Source: a virus
Strand: one strand, 5' to 3'
DNA length: 64,000 nucleotides
Virus record (IMG/VR): IMGVR_UViG_3300023184_006193
Span: 14,834 to 78,833 of that record
Shown here: positions 29,276-39,174 of the stretch, one piece after another
How the letters are laid out: each line of letters starts with the position of its first letter
How positions within the stretch are numbered: position 1 is the stretch's first letter
The notes under the pieces: model-generated
The model's database searches: none
What the model saw: only the letters and a program-made list of their open reading frames with translations
Told to the model about the DNA's origin: nothing
Program-made: the position numbers and the translations under genes

Positions 29276-30011
29276 TTTTCCAACTTTCAAAACAAAATTC
29301 ATTACTACTCATGTGTTCTATTTCTGGTTTATTCAAAACGCTTCTATTATTAATGCATCTAAAAGTAAGATATGTTTTAAAATCTTTTCTAGAATTATAA
29401 TAAATACTTTTCGTATTGAAAACTTCTAGTTTATTCTCTTTAGCAAATGATAGCATTTTGTCTTTAATTATTAAATCAAAGGGTAAGTCATTATTTTCTA
29501 TAAAGATTGCTGGTTTCGTAAAATCAAATTGTGGCACACAAATGCTATTTTTTAAAGCATTGTTGAATATAAAAGAATCATAAAATGGGATAGCTAAAAT
29601 TAAATCCTCTGACCAGTTCTGTTTTAGAATAGAGTAGTCTAATCTAGGTTCATAGTAAAAACCATCTTTCGCTGCTATGCTAAATAATTTAGTTAATGAC
29701 TCGTATCCTTTTTTATTCTTAAAAAATAAAATAACTTTTGAGTTTTTAGCTCTTGATTCGTCTGTTTTATCGTTCATTGATTCCGTTACAGAAATTCTAA
29801 GGCCATAATTTAACTTGATTTTATTATTATTTGTATTTGTATAGGCTTCTAAAAATGAAGACATATTATCTTCTACCAAAAATACCTCTTTAAGTTTATT
29901 GTGTTTAGCTATTTGAATTATTGAATCTGGATAATCGTCTGCTTCATTCTTATCTTCTAGAGTCAATATAGATCTCCCTAAAGAATAATGTGATTTAAAC
30001 AATGGTATCAT
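29262..30011 (-). CDS. Stand-alone PHP domain of Pol III alpha
   Basis: FKSHYSLGRS, KLNYG, VILFFKNKKGYESLTKLFS.A..DGFYYEPRLD, the DnaE N-terminal signature. Confidence 0.9.
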   Translation of the reverse strand: MIPLFKSHYSLGRSILTLEDKNEADDYPDSIIQIAKHNKLKEVFLVEDNMSSFLEAYTNTNNNKIKLNYGLRISVTESMNDKTDESRAKNSKVILFFKNKKGYESLTKLFSIAAKDGFYYEPRLDYSILKQNWSEDLILAIPFYDSFIFNNALKNSICVPQFDFTKPAIFIENNDLPFDLIIKDKMLSFAKENKLEVFNTKSIYYNSRKDFKTYLTFRCINNRSVLNKPEIEHMSSNEFCFESWKNENS

Positions 30012-30019
30012 TTTTCTTA

Positions 30020-30048
30020 AATATAGCAGACTTTTTAATAGTAATCAA
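30020..30048 (-). promoter_or_regulatory. Sigma70-type promoter with extended -10, near-leaderless
   Basis: TTGATT-17-TATATT with TG at the extended position, 8 nt before ATG(30011). Confidence 0.5.
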
Positions 30049-31010
30049 TCTAAAAATTCATCTTTTGTATCATTTAGAAAATCATCTTTGGCTAAAGCTG
30101 AGTTAAATTTTGGACATCCTTCATACTTTCTAGTTTCTACTTTAAATCCTTTGATATCTTTAAAATTATTTTCTAGACTAGATTCTACTATTTCTCCATT
30201 ATTATTTACCTTAACATAATATGTATATGGATCTTTATATGGACACTTCCATCCTCCAACTTGACACATCCATTTATTTTTTACGCTATCAACTGCAAAA
30301 TTTGCTTTAGCTGAATTTTCGTCAAATTTATTTACATATTCATTAATATGTTCCAAATAGTGCTCGAAGCCTTTAATTTGATCTTCATCAAAAGATAATT
30401 CTTGAATTGGTTGCTTTGGAAACCTTAAGAATAAAAACTTAACGATAGGTTTTAATTTTGGCCATAATTTTTTACTAGCAAGACTATACATCATAGCTTG
30501 AATGTTAGCTTCTAGGTCATCACCCCTAAATTTATATTTAGAGCTTTTGTAGTCGATTATATGCATTTCTTTTTTGATTTTAACGGGTTTGTCTATGAAC
30601 CCACGAATATGGTATTTGGGCTCATCATTTTTAATATCAAACGAATACTCTGGCTTGACTATCTCTCCACCTTCTCCAAAAAAATCGTTCTTAAGTCCAA
30701 CTAGAATCATATCATTTAATAATTTATAATTACTGTCATCTAATTTAACTTTTTTAGCCAATTTTTTAACTAATTTATCTACGCCATTATCTCCATCAAT
30801 AGCATTCTTTTTTATTATTCTTTTATAGTTTTTAAGATGCCTTTTGTTTAAAAGTAATTCAAAAATAGTATGACATATAGTGCCTCTTAATGCACCATCA
30901 TTTTGAGATTGGGGTACTTTAGCGTGGTAATTAAGCCAATAAACCCAAGAACAAGTTTCCAAGGTTTTAATTCTAGAAGCTGATAATACTTTTAAAGATT
31001 CTTTTTCCAT
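30045..31010 (-). CDS. PD-(D/E)XK exonuclease (RecB/Cas4-like)
   Basis: LSASRIKTLETC, GTICH, IRGFIDK, IIDYKS, QAMMY, C..GGWKCPY. Confidence 0.88.
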   Translation of the reverse strand: MEKESLKVLSASRIKTLETCSWVYWLNYHAKVPQSQNDGALRGTICHTIFELLLNKRHLKNYKRIIKKNAIDGDNGVDKLVKKLAKKVKLDDSNYKLLNDMILVGLKNDFFGEGGEIVKPEYSFDIKNDEPKYHIRGFIDKPVKIKKEMHIIDYKSSKYKFRGDDLEANIQAMMYSLASKKLWPKLKPIVKFLFLRFPKQPIQELSFDEDQIKGFEHYLEHINEYVNKFDENSAKANFAVDSVKNKWMCQVGGWKCPYKDPYTYYVKVNNNGEIVESSLENNFKDIKGFKVETRKYEGCPKFNSALAKDDFLNDTKDEFLD

Positions 31011-31897
31011 TGAATTATTTCTTCCATATTCATCTCTCCAAAATCTTTTTTAAGTGGTAATGATATCTTCAATTGTCTATCGTCAAAATATCTCTTTAAT
31101 TTAGAGTAAATTTTTTCTGAGGCAATATTTCCAGCATTATTTTTACTTGAGTCGTTATTTAAACTGATATATATTTTTTTAATATCAATTTTTAAAAGAT
31201 AATTTAAAATTGGTAAACTCAAACTTACCCCAAATGTAACAATAACATTTTTAATTCCAGCTTGCCAAAGGCTAAGTAAATCTCCTATGCTTTCTACAAG
31301 AATAACTTCTTTTTCATTTTCTATAATTTTTGAATTTAAAAACAAAGGATAAATAAATTCGCTCTTTTCTCCAAGATGCTTCCATTTTATTTTAGATAGA
31401 TTTGATATATCTCTTCCAGAAAATCCAGTAATATTATTATTTAAATTAAAAATTGGAAATACATATCTATTTTTCATCTTACCCATTTTTGCAACACCAC
31501 CTTTAAACTCTGTTATTATTTCTTTTTGTATATTTCTTTTAATCCAATAATCATGATTATTTTCTAATTTAGATAACAATTCTATATCAAATGTTTTGGT
31601 TGATTTTAATAAAGGTTTTTCTATTTCTTTCGGTTGGTGAAATGCAAAATTTTTATTTTGTAACCATTCTTTTGCTTTACTTGCGTCTTCTAATTTAAGA
31701 GTCATTCCAACTAGCGAACTAAAGTCTCCACTTATGTTTTCCTTAAAATCAAACCAATGACCTGTATCTTTATAAATCTTTAAGACAGTATCATTATCAC
31801 TATCTCTATAAAGAGGTCTAGTCCTATATTCTTTACCGCAATCTTTTAACTTATATCCTAGATCAGTTAAAATTTGATAAACATTTAATTGTTCCAT
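30992..31897 (-). CDS. dnaG: DNA primase (TOPRIM)
   Basis: RYVFPI, GFSGR, KWKH, VILVESIGD, ISLNND, KDFGE. Confidence 0.9.
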   Translation of the reverse strand: MEQLNVYQILTDLGYKLKDCGKEYRTRPLYRDSDNDTVLKIYKDTGHWFDFKENISGDFSSLVGMTLKLEDASKAKEWLQNKNFAFHQPKEIEKPLLKSTKTFDIELLSKLENNHDYWIKRNIQKEIITEFKGGVAKMGKMKNRYVFPIFNLNNNITGFSGRDISNLSKIKWKHLGEKSEFIYPLFLNSKIIENEKEVILVESIGDLLSLWQAGIKNVIVTFGVSLSLPILNYLLKIDIKKIYISLNNDSSKNNAGNIASEKIYSKLKRYFDDRQLKISLPLKKDFGEMNMEEIIQWKKNL

Positions 31898-32541
31898 TCT
31901 AAAGCCTCACTTATCGTAGGAAATTCTTTCATAAAAATCTTTTTGCATTTTTCTGCAATAAGCCTATGTTCTTTTTGAGTATTTTGCTCAGTTCTTAATT
32001 GAATATAATGAACCCAACTTCTTAATGATCCCTTCATATACATTGTTGTTTCTGTACTTAATGGTAATACCATTCTTGCTACTTCTTTAGCTACTCCATT
32101 TTCAATCATTGTATCATAACAATGTTGAGATAAAGATAAACTTTCTGCAATTAGTTCACTTATTTTTTCATAAGCTGGACTATTTACTGATAAAAGTTTT
32201 TCTCCTACTTGTCTATTTTTATCTCCTTGTAGTCTAAGTTCAATATCTTCGTACTCGGTAGCTAAACTATATCTTTGACTAAATTCTTGAAAACTAAATG
32301 ATCTATGCCTTAAAATTTGTGCAGCGATTCCACGACTAGTTTTAATTTCAACGCACATATCAACTAGCTCAAATGGACTCCAATGTTTATGCTCAATTAA
32401 AAACTTTAATAATTTTGGAGCAGTTTGCGTATTCATTTGATTTGATGGATTACTAACTCTAGCGCAATATGCAACTAAATCTTCTGGATTTTTCAACCCT
32501 TTTATTTCTGGTTTTGTAATTGATATTAATTCTACGTTCAT
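31885..32541 (-). CDS. thyX: Flavin-dependent thymidylate synthase
   Basis: HWSPFE, QILRHRSFSFQEFSQRY, EVARMVLP, GSLRSW, TQKEH. Confidence 0.97.
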   Translation of the reverse strand: MNVELISITKPEIKGLKNPEDLVAYCARVSNPSNQMNTQTAPKLLKFLIEHKHWSPFELVDMCVEIKTSRGIAAQILRHRSFSFQEFSQRYSLATEYEDIELRLQGDKNRQVGEKLLSVNSPAYEKISELIAESLSLSQHCYDTMIENGVAKEVARMVLPLSTETTMYMKGSLRSWVHYIQLRTEQNTQKEHRLIAEKCKKIFMKEFPTISEALEWNN

Positions 32542-34022
32542 AATAATTCTCCATCATTTGCATTCGCATCGTTTAATTCGTATTGCTCTCTTTGACGTTC
32601 TGCTACGTCGAGAAGTGATCCTCTTTCTTCTATGTTAAAATTTTGTACATTATAATTTAAATAATTTTGCGACCATACCTCTTTACCAGTGCAATCTAAT
32701 CTTCTAACTAAATCTTGATGACCCGCTGCATCTTTTCCTTGAAATCTTGTTTTAGTTGGAATCAATTTATGAGTTCCAAATGTTTGGCCGTCTAGAGTAA
32801 TCTCGTCTAAAGTCTTTCTTCTAAAGATAGCCACGAATGAAGCGAACCATTGTAATCTGTCTGAAAGTGAAATTACAGAACTATCATCTACTACCTCTGA
32901 ACCTTTTCTATTGAAACTTTCGCCAGTTCTATTTAACTGCATAGCGGTAATAATTGGACAATGAATTTCTTCGGAAATTCTTTTTAACTTATCGATCTTA
33001 TCTCCAATTGCTTGATGCTCTGCCCAATTTTGGCCTACTTTCTCTCCAGTTAATTTAATGTAATCATAAGCTATCATAGCTTGATTTCCTCTTCCAACTT
33101 TAGAAAGATACCATCTACGAATAATAGAGCATACTTGATCAATATTTTTATTTCCCACATGATAATGAAAGTATTCATATTTTTTAACTTTAGACCAAGC
33201 CTCTCTCACTTTCTTAGTCATTTCTTCATTCTTTCTCCAATTACCAGTTTCAAGATACCAAACAGGTACTCCACTTAAAGATGCTACCATCCTTAATTGA
33301 ATATCTACTGTTTGCATTTCAGTATCAAGAATAAGAGTTTTAGTTTTATTCTTTGGGTTAATAGAGGTCTTGAAGCAAATATCATTTAGCCATGTTGATT
33401 TACCTTGACCTGGCCTACTTGCAATTGCGTAAATATTTCCATTTTTTAAACCACCATACATTCTATTAAATTCAGAATACGGAGTTATAAGTCCCGTATC
33501 TTCTTTTGGACTATTGCCAATTTCCTCCACAAGATCTTCAACGCCTTCGAAAATATTAATTGGAACATCATTCTCTGAATAGGAAGATATTTTTTTATTA
33601 TAGATGTGATCTATTTTACCTATAATCTCATCTAAATTATCATCTGCATTTTTGGTTACATAATCTTTTAGCTTATCTGCGGTTTGCGATATCTCTCTTC
33701 TTACTCTTAATTTTAATAACTCTTTGCATGCTTCCATCGTTGCTTGTTCAGTTATTTGAGAGAAACTTAAATTATCTATATAATCAAAAATATTAATATC
33801 ATCTTTAAATGAAATACCCAAGTTCTTTATTCTTTCAGCAAGAAGAACTTTATCTACATTTTCACCTTTATGCTTGATGTTCTTGAATACGGAATATATT
33901 GTTGAATGAACATCATTAAAAAAATCATTTTCAGATAAGAAGATGTCAATATCTGCAAATAAGTCTTGATGCTTCAATAAGCCGCTTAGTACGTGTCTTT
34001 CTACCTGTAAAGAATAAATCAT
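32538..34022 (-). CDS. dnaB: Replicative DNA helicase
   Basis: ASRPGQGKS Walker A, LDTEM, AYDYIKL, TAMQLNR, KTR. Confidence 0.95.
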   Translation of the reverse strand: MIYSLQVERHVLSGLLKHQDLFADIDIFLSENDFFNDVHSTIYSVFKNIKHKGENVDKVLLAERIKNLGISFKDDINIFDYIDNLSFSQITEQATMEACKELLKLRVRREISQTADKLKDYVTKNADDNLDEIIGKIDHIYNKKISSYSENDVPINIFEGVEDLVEEIGNSPKEDTGLITPYSEFNRMYGGLKNGNIYAIASRPGQGKSTWLNDICFKTSINPKNKTKTLILDTEMQTVDIQLRMVASLSGVPVWYLETGNWRKNEEMTKKVREAWSKVKKYEYFHYHVGNKNIDQVCSIIRRWYLSKVGRGNQAMIAYDYIKLTGEKVGQNWAEHQAIGDKIDKLKRISEEIHCPIITAMQLNRTGESFNRKGSEVVDDSSVISLSDRLQWFASFVAIFRRKTLDEITLDGQTFGTHKLIPTKTRFQGKDAAGHQDLVRRLDCTGKEVWSQNYLNYNVQNFNIEERGSLLDVAERQREQYELNDANANDGELL

Positions 34023-34031
34023 CCTTTATAT

Positions 34032-34060
34032 ATGATACCTCAGTAAAAATTAAAAGTCAA
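34032..34060 (-). promoter_or_regulatory. Sigma70-type promoter, near-leaderless
   Basis: TTGACT-17-TATCAT-9 nt-ATG(34022). Confidence 0.65.
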
Positions 34061-34071
34061 GTGTTTTAAAC

Positions 34072-34341
34072 TTAATCTTTGTCTTCGTCAAAATCGTCTT
34101 CTTCTTCGTTTTTTCTTGCTATTAAATCTGTTGTGGCTTCTAAATTTAATTGATCTATACTTTGGCTCCATGTGTTGATATAATATAATAAAGCCATAGC
34201 ATTTATTTGATTATCAAATTTTGTAAATACTTGTGGGTCACCTTTACTTGAAAAATTAAAAAGTATATATCCTCCAAAACTGCATTCGTCAATTTGTTTT
34301 AATAATGAATCTGGTATTTTAAATTTTTTCTTATTTGTCAC
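34072..34341 (-). CDS. Small hypothetical protein with an acidic tail
   Basis: 89 aa, preceded by GTGTAA on the - strand (34351-34356). Confidence 0.7.
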   Translation of the reverse strand: MTNKKKFKIPDSLLKQIDECSFGGYILFNFSSKGDPQVFTKFDNQINAMALLYYINTWSQSIDQLNLEATTDLIARKNEEEDDFDEDKD

Positions 34342-34356
34342 TATTAAATTTTACAC

Positions 34357-34776
34357 TTAAATGATTAAAATTCCGCATTTTTCTTCTATATATTGTGGTG
34401 AAAGTTTTTTTAAATCAGCTTCATATAGCTCTAGGAATTTAAATTCATTCATTTCAAGCCATTTTTCTTTTTTGACATCTCTTTTTATACTCTGAAGATA
34501 TTTTAATCTAGAATTATCATGAAAAAACTCATTGAAGGATTCATGTTGATTACCTTGAATCTCAATTGCTATCTTTTTTGTTGCATTTAATATGTCTACC
34601 TTAAGCATCGTTCCATAAACTGGAAACTCTTCGTAGACTATATGATTCTTCCAGTAAGGATAAAAAAATTGCTTGAATTTAAATTGCAATTTACTGCGAC
34701 TCTTGCCTTCCCAGTTTATTAAATTTTTTCTTACATTTTTATTAACGAGCGTGCCGTTAATATTTAACAATCTCAT
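34357..34776 (-). CDS. Vsr/DUF559-like endonuclease
   Basis: EEFPV...VDI...KIAIEIQGNQH...RDVKKEKWLEMN. Confidence 0.8.
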   Translation of the reverse strand: MRLLNINGTLVNKNVRKNLINWEGKSRSKLQFKFKQFFYPYWKNHIVYEEFPVYGTMLKVDILNATKKIAIEIQGNQHESFNEFFHDNSRLKYLQSIKRDVKKEKWLEMNEFKFLELYEADLKKLSPQYIEEKCGILII

Positions 34777-35915
34777 GATGCAAGAGTTTTGATAAATTTA
34801 TTATAAAAATAATCTACAAGAGGTTTATTCTCTTCGAGGTAGGCTCTTAGATTATCAATACCTTGATGCTGCTTCTTAAGTTCAAGATTTTGTTGTTTAA
34901 GCTCTTCTATAATTTCGTCTGAGAATGTTACCCACGCACCCTTGGCACTTGCGAATTCCCAAGAAAGAATTTGATCGATTACTTCATACTCTCTCCAAAC
35001 AGAAGATCCATCCTTGCGACCATATTTAATTGGGTACTGTACTTTTGAATTAGTGGATTCATTGGTCGATTTCTTAATTGCAATTTTAACATTATGTCCA
35101 ATAATTTTATTCTTAATTGGATCATATCTATCATTTGGCTTTTCAAGAATAAGGTCTTTATTAAACTTTGGTTCGAATTCAAGAATCCAATTAGCAAAAT
35201 GCAATAGCGCATTACCACCAGTTGCAGTAGTTTGACGAATATCTTTATTGGCTGCATAAGGATCAAGCTTAATATCAGATCTAACTTGACTTATAAAAAT
35301 TGCCATGTGACCACGTTTAGAAAGCGCAAGAGAAATTTTTTTCATCAACATTGATGAAATAACTGCGCCTCCTGCAACCTTTGTGGCTTCTGTCATACTC
35401 TTTTGAGAGTCTCCTTTAGTCATCAAACCATCAACAGAATCAAGAATGAATATATATCTCTTGTTTTCGTCATTAGATTGAATAAGATCTTTCATTAATT
35501 CTGAAACAGTTTCAAAAATATTGCATTCAAATACAAAACAAGTTCCATCTGTCCATTCTTTTGGATCGGTTACAAATTTAATTCCAGATCGCTCTTTGAC
35601 TTCCTTGCTTAATCTTCCTTCTGCTTTGAATAGCAAAGCTCTAGAGTTTTCTACTGTTTTTAAGAAATTTTTTGTTACTTCTAATGCTTCAGAAGTTTTA
35701 CCACCCTCATTCATTCCGATGAATCTATGCAATCCTGGGCATAAACCACCACCAGTAGCTATATCCAGATTCAAACTGCCAGTCGATACTTTGTAATAAA
35801 CCTCATCTTCAAAATTATAATGGTCTTCTTTATTATCTTTTAAAAATGATAATAGTCTATCTGATGCGCTAGGACCAGATGATTCTACAACTTCTTCTTT
35901 AGGTTTTCTTCCCAT
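34773..35915 (-). CDS. recA: RecA/UvsX recombinase
   Basis: STGSLNLDIATGGGL, GMNEGGKTS, ILDSV, IFISQVR, TGGNALLHFA, GAW. Confidence 0.93.
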   Translation of the reverse strand: MGRKPKEEVVESSGPSASDRLLSFLKDNKEDHYNFEDEVYYKVSTGSLNLDIATGGGLCPGLHRFIGMNEGGKTSEALEVTKNFLKTVENSRALLFKAEGRLSKEVKERSGIKFVTDPKEWTDGTCFVFECNIFETVSELMKDLIQSNDENKRYIFILDSVDGLMTKGDSQKSMTEATKVAGGAVISSMLMKKISLALSKRGHMAIFISQVRSDIKLDPYAANKDIRQTTATGGNALLHFANWILEFEPKFNKDLILEKPNDRYDPIKNKIIGHNVKIAIKKSTNESTNSKVQYPIKYGRKDGSSVWREYEVIDQILSWEFASAKGAWVTFSDEIIEELKQQNLELKKQHQGIDNLRAYLEENKPLVDYFYNKFIKTLAS

Positions 35916-36243
35916 ATCTTATAAATTCTAACAGAGTTTTAGGTTTTTGGCAAACTTTTTTATCTTCTGCTACCTTATTTTCTTTTAATTCTATTTTAGT
36001 AATATTTAAATTCATATTAAAACTTTCATATTCCTTTAATAAGAAAGCTTTTCCTTCTGACTTTAAGAACCAAGCTAAAGATGGTGGAGGACTTCCTAGT
36101 TCTTTAAGATTATCCCAAAACTCCAAAGATTTAAATTTCTTTGTAAGTCTTTGGGCTATTTTAATTTCTCTTGGCCAATTTATATTTCCTTTAACGTATT
36201 TTTTAACTATTAATTGGCAAAGTTTATGATTTGAAATTTTCAA
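35899..36243 (-). CDS. Hypothetical protein
   Basis: 114 aa, basic, overlaps both neighbours. Confidence 0.65.
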   Translation of the reverse strand: MKISNHKLCQLIVKKYVKGNINWPREIKIAQRLTKKFKSLEFWDNLKELGSPPPSLAWFLKSEGKAFLLKEYESFNMNLNITKIELKENKVAEDKKVCQKPKTLLEFIRYGKKT

Positions 36244-37369
36244 TATCGCATTCTACCATCTTTTTCACTAAATTGTCAAATGAAATTTTAGGTTTCCATC
36301 CAAGCTCTTTCCTTGCTTTATTTGAATTTCCTAATAATAATTCTACTTCTGCTGGCCTATAAAATTTAGGATTAACTTGAAGTAATATTTTATTATTATC
36401 AGATACATACATTGTATGTTCATTTTCACCAATCCATTTGCCATTTACTCCTGCTACATTAAAAGCTTTCTCTACAAACTCTTTAATTGTATGAGTTTCA
36501 TTAGACGAGAACACGTATTCTTCTGGCACTCCATTATAATTTGAATTATATTTATCTTGATTTAGCATCATCCAAACGCCTTCAATGAAATCTTCTGCAT
36601 CGCTCCAATCTCTTTTTGCCTCCATATTGCCAAGCTCCATTGGTTTGAATTCTTCATTATTTTTTAAGGCATTGTGTATTCTTGCTATATTTTTAGTAAT
36701 TTTTCTAGTTACGAATTCTTCTCCTCTTCTAATTCCTTCGTGATTAAATAACCATCCTTGAATTGCATAAAGATTATACGAATCCCTATATACTTTGATC
36801 AATTGTCTAGAGGCGGCTTTGCTGGCGCCATATGGACTTCTTGGCCTTAATGGATGTTTTTCGTCTTGTGGACTATACATTACATTTCCGAACTCTTCGC
36901 TAGACCCAGCCTGATATAATCTGCAAGATGGTTTATAAAGTCTAATTGCTTCTAATATATCTAGAACACTAGTGGAATTAGTCGCCCATGTTTGCTTTGC
37001 GAAATCCCAACTACTCGCTACAAAACTTTGGGCAGCAAAATTAATAAAATAATCTGGTTGAAGTTTTTCTACTGTTCGAGCGATTGCGTGTGAATCTGTT
37101 AGATCAAAATTTATTAAATGAAATCTATCCGATTGTATATGTCTTATATTTTCATGATTATATACGCTAAGTCTTCTCACTCCTCCAAAAATTAATAAAT
37201 CAGTATGCTTTAAAAGAAAATCAGCCATATGACTTCCATCTTGTCCAGTTACTCCAGTTATTACTACGGTTTTTCTTCCTTTTATAAGTTTACTTGCGTC
37301 TTCAATATTTAAGATATTTGCCGTATCTATTTTTTTGCCATGATATGTTTCTATAAAATTTTTATTCAT
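36224..37369 (-). CDS. gmd: GDP-mannose 4,6-dehydratase
   Basis: ITGVTGQDGS, AAQSFV, YQAGSSEEFG, PRSPYGASK, LFNHE, FVTRKIT, RDW, YRPAEV. Confidence 0.95.
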   Translation of the reverse strand: MNKNFIETYHGKKIDTANILNIEDASKLIKGRKTVVITGVTGQDGSHMADFLLKHTDLLIFGGVRRLSVYNHENIRHIQSDRFHLINFDLTDSHAIARTVEKLQPDYFINFAAQSFVASSWDFAKQTWATNSTSVLDILEAIRLYKPSCRLYQAGSSEEFGNVMYSPQDEKHPLRPRSPYGASKAASRQLIKVYRDSYNLYAIQGWLFNHEGIRRGEEFVTRKITKNIARIHNALKNNEEFKPMELGNMEAKRDWSDAEDFIEGVWMMLNQDKYNSNYNGVPEEYVFSSNETHTIKEFVEKAFNVAGVNGKWIGENEHTMYVSDNNKILLQVNPKFYRPAEVELLLGNSNKARKELGWKPKISFDNLVKKMVECDIENFKS

Positions 37370-38294
37370 TTTTAAAAAAATTATTAATCTTTAGAAATTT
37401 ATATAAATCTTCTTTTGATAGAACGCAGTCTTTAGATGAATATTCTCCATTTGTAAAATTTACTTCATTATATATATTTTTGTAATGCATTAAAAAGAAA
37501 TCCTTTTCTTCTTTTATTCTTGGCATCTCTTCTTTGCAAGACATAATTTCATGAATTTTTTCACTTATTCTTGGCTTACCTATTTGATATTTTAAACCAA
37601 ACTCTTCTTTATAGATCTCAAAGACATCTTTAATTAAAAAACTATCTATTTTAGGTATTAAATTAAAACCCGTATAATTTAAAGCGTTTTCTATAAGTTC
37701 AATTGCTTGGCTAATATGAATTTTAAATCTAGTCATTTCTTCTGAATACAAGGTAAGCGAGTAATTGTTTTTAAGTGCATCCCAAATTAATGGAATTAAA
37801 CTTCCAGTAGAATTTGTAACATTTCCATAAATAACACTAGAAAGTTTGACTTTACTTCTTTCTGCATTTGTAATGAAACTTTCTCCTGCTACGAATTTCA
37901 TTGATCCATAGAGGGTAGTTGCGGCTCTACTTTTATCTGAAGAAATAAAACAAGAGGATTCAAAATTATTATTCTCTGATATTGTTCTACTGTTTAATGC
38001 GCCATGTATAATAGTTTGAATTGATTCTTCAATATTTTGATCAACAGCCTCTATTTGTTTTAGGCTTGCGGTAAAAATACCGATTTGATGATCTTTTGAA
38101 GATTTATTCATTAAATCTAAGTTCCTTACATCTCCTAATATGAAATTGACTTCTGGATATTTCTTTTTTAAGAAATAATGTTTTGCTTCGTCTCTGCTAT
38201 AAACTGTTAAGTAATTATCTTTATGCAAGTGTTCTATTAAATTCTTACCTAAAAATCCTGCTCCACCAGTTATAAATATTTTTTTATTTTTCAT
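37362..38294 (-). CDS. UDP-GlcNAc 4,6-dehydratase (inverting; PseB/FnlA/CapE family)
   Basis: ITGGAGFLG, YSRDEAK, GDVR, ASLKQ, ISSDK, YGSMK, YGNV..STGS, MTRF, EKIHE. Confidence 0.88.
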   Translation of the reverse strand: MKNKKIFITGGAGFLGKNLIEHLHKDNYLTVYSRDEAKHYFLKKKYPEVNFILGDVRNLDLMNKSSKDHQIGIFTASLKQIEAVDQNIEESIQTIIHGALNSRTISENNNFESSCFISSDKSRAATTLYGSMKFVAGESFITNAERSKVKLSSVIYGNVTNSTGSLIPLIWDALKNNYSLTLYSEEMTRFKIHISQAIELIENALNYTGFNLIPKIDSFLIKDVFEIYKEEFGLKYQIGKPRISEKIHEIMSCKEEMPRIKEEKDFFLMHYKNIYNEVNFTNGEYSSKDCVLSKEDLYKFLKINNFFKNE

Positions 38295-39174
38295 TTCTTA
38301 GGAAAGAATCATATTCTTTAGGGAATTTATTTGGAAAATATCTAGTATATCCCTCTGGATTGTCTGATCCATTAATTCCTCCTCCTTCAATGTGGACTCC
38401 AATAACATAATCTATTATGTCTATAAATGCAGATTTTTCAAAAGAATTTCCTTTATGTTTAAGATTTAAGTATTCATCCCATAGCACAGATATTCCCCCA
38501 GTTATCATGCCATCGTTTATTACCGATTTGTTATTTATTACTTTAGTGGCTTCTTCCATTATTTTCCAAAATCTAGATTTTTGATCTTCATTTAAATTAT
38601 TAAAAAATCTTTTTTTATTAAATAAAAATGTTCCACAGCAATGAGTTCCATATTGGATAGTTATATTGCAAGATTTAAGTTTTAATATTTTTGATGTATA
38701 GAGTTTTTCTCTATTTGAAACATCTTTTCCAAATTGTTCTTTTGTCACATCTCCAAACCAAGTAATACATTTTTCTTTTTGATAAAATTCTTTAAATGAT
38801 GACCCACAAATTCCAACTGAATCTTCTTCTGCTTCTAGTACTTCTATACATTCTTCAAGATATCCTTTTCTCCAGATATAGTCTGTTTCAAGAAAAAATA
38901 TATAATCAAAGTTTTCATTTTTTATAATATCAAAACATTTTTTATAATTAGCGGCGTATCCTATATTCTTTTCATTTATATCTAGAGTTATATTAAGTTC
39001 TTTATTTTTTTCTTTAAAACTTTTTAAGTAATTTTGGCATTCTTCATTAGAATTATCATCAAAGATATATATATGGTCTGGTTTTTTGTCTGTATTTTCA
39101 ATAGATGTTCTTAATGATTCTTTTAGAATATTTAATCTATTATAAGAAAAGTAAACAAAAGCAATTTTATTCAT
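38284..39174 (-). CDS. GT2-family glycosyltransferase
   Basis: SYNR, IFDDNS, NIGYA, FLETD. Confidence 0.8.
   Translation of the reverse strand: MNKIAFVYFSYNRLNILKESLRTSIENTDKKPDHIYIFDDNSNEECQNYLKSFKEKNKELNITLDINEKNIGYAANYKKCFDIIKNENFDYIFFLETDYIWRKGYLEECIEVLEAEEDSVGICGSSFKEFYQKEKCITWFGDVTKEQFGKDVSNREKLYTSKILKLKSCNITIQYGTHCCGTFLFNKKRFFNNLNEDQKSRFWKIMEEATKVINNKSVINDGMITGGISVLWDEYLNLKHKGNSFEKSAFIDIIDYVIGVHIEGGGINGSDNPEGYTRYFPNKFPKEYDSFLRNEK

Noticed and set aside
25376-30011. Split intein joining PHP and DnaE
   Set aside because: No intein N-terminal (C/S) block or C-terminal HN-C/S/T motif in either protein.
30045-31010. CRISPR-Cas locus suggested by the Cas4-like nuclease
   Set aside because: No repeat-spacer array or other cas genes. 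Solo Cas4-like nucleases are common in phage replication modules.
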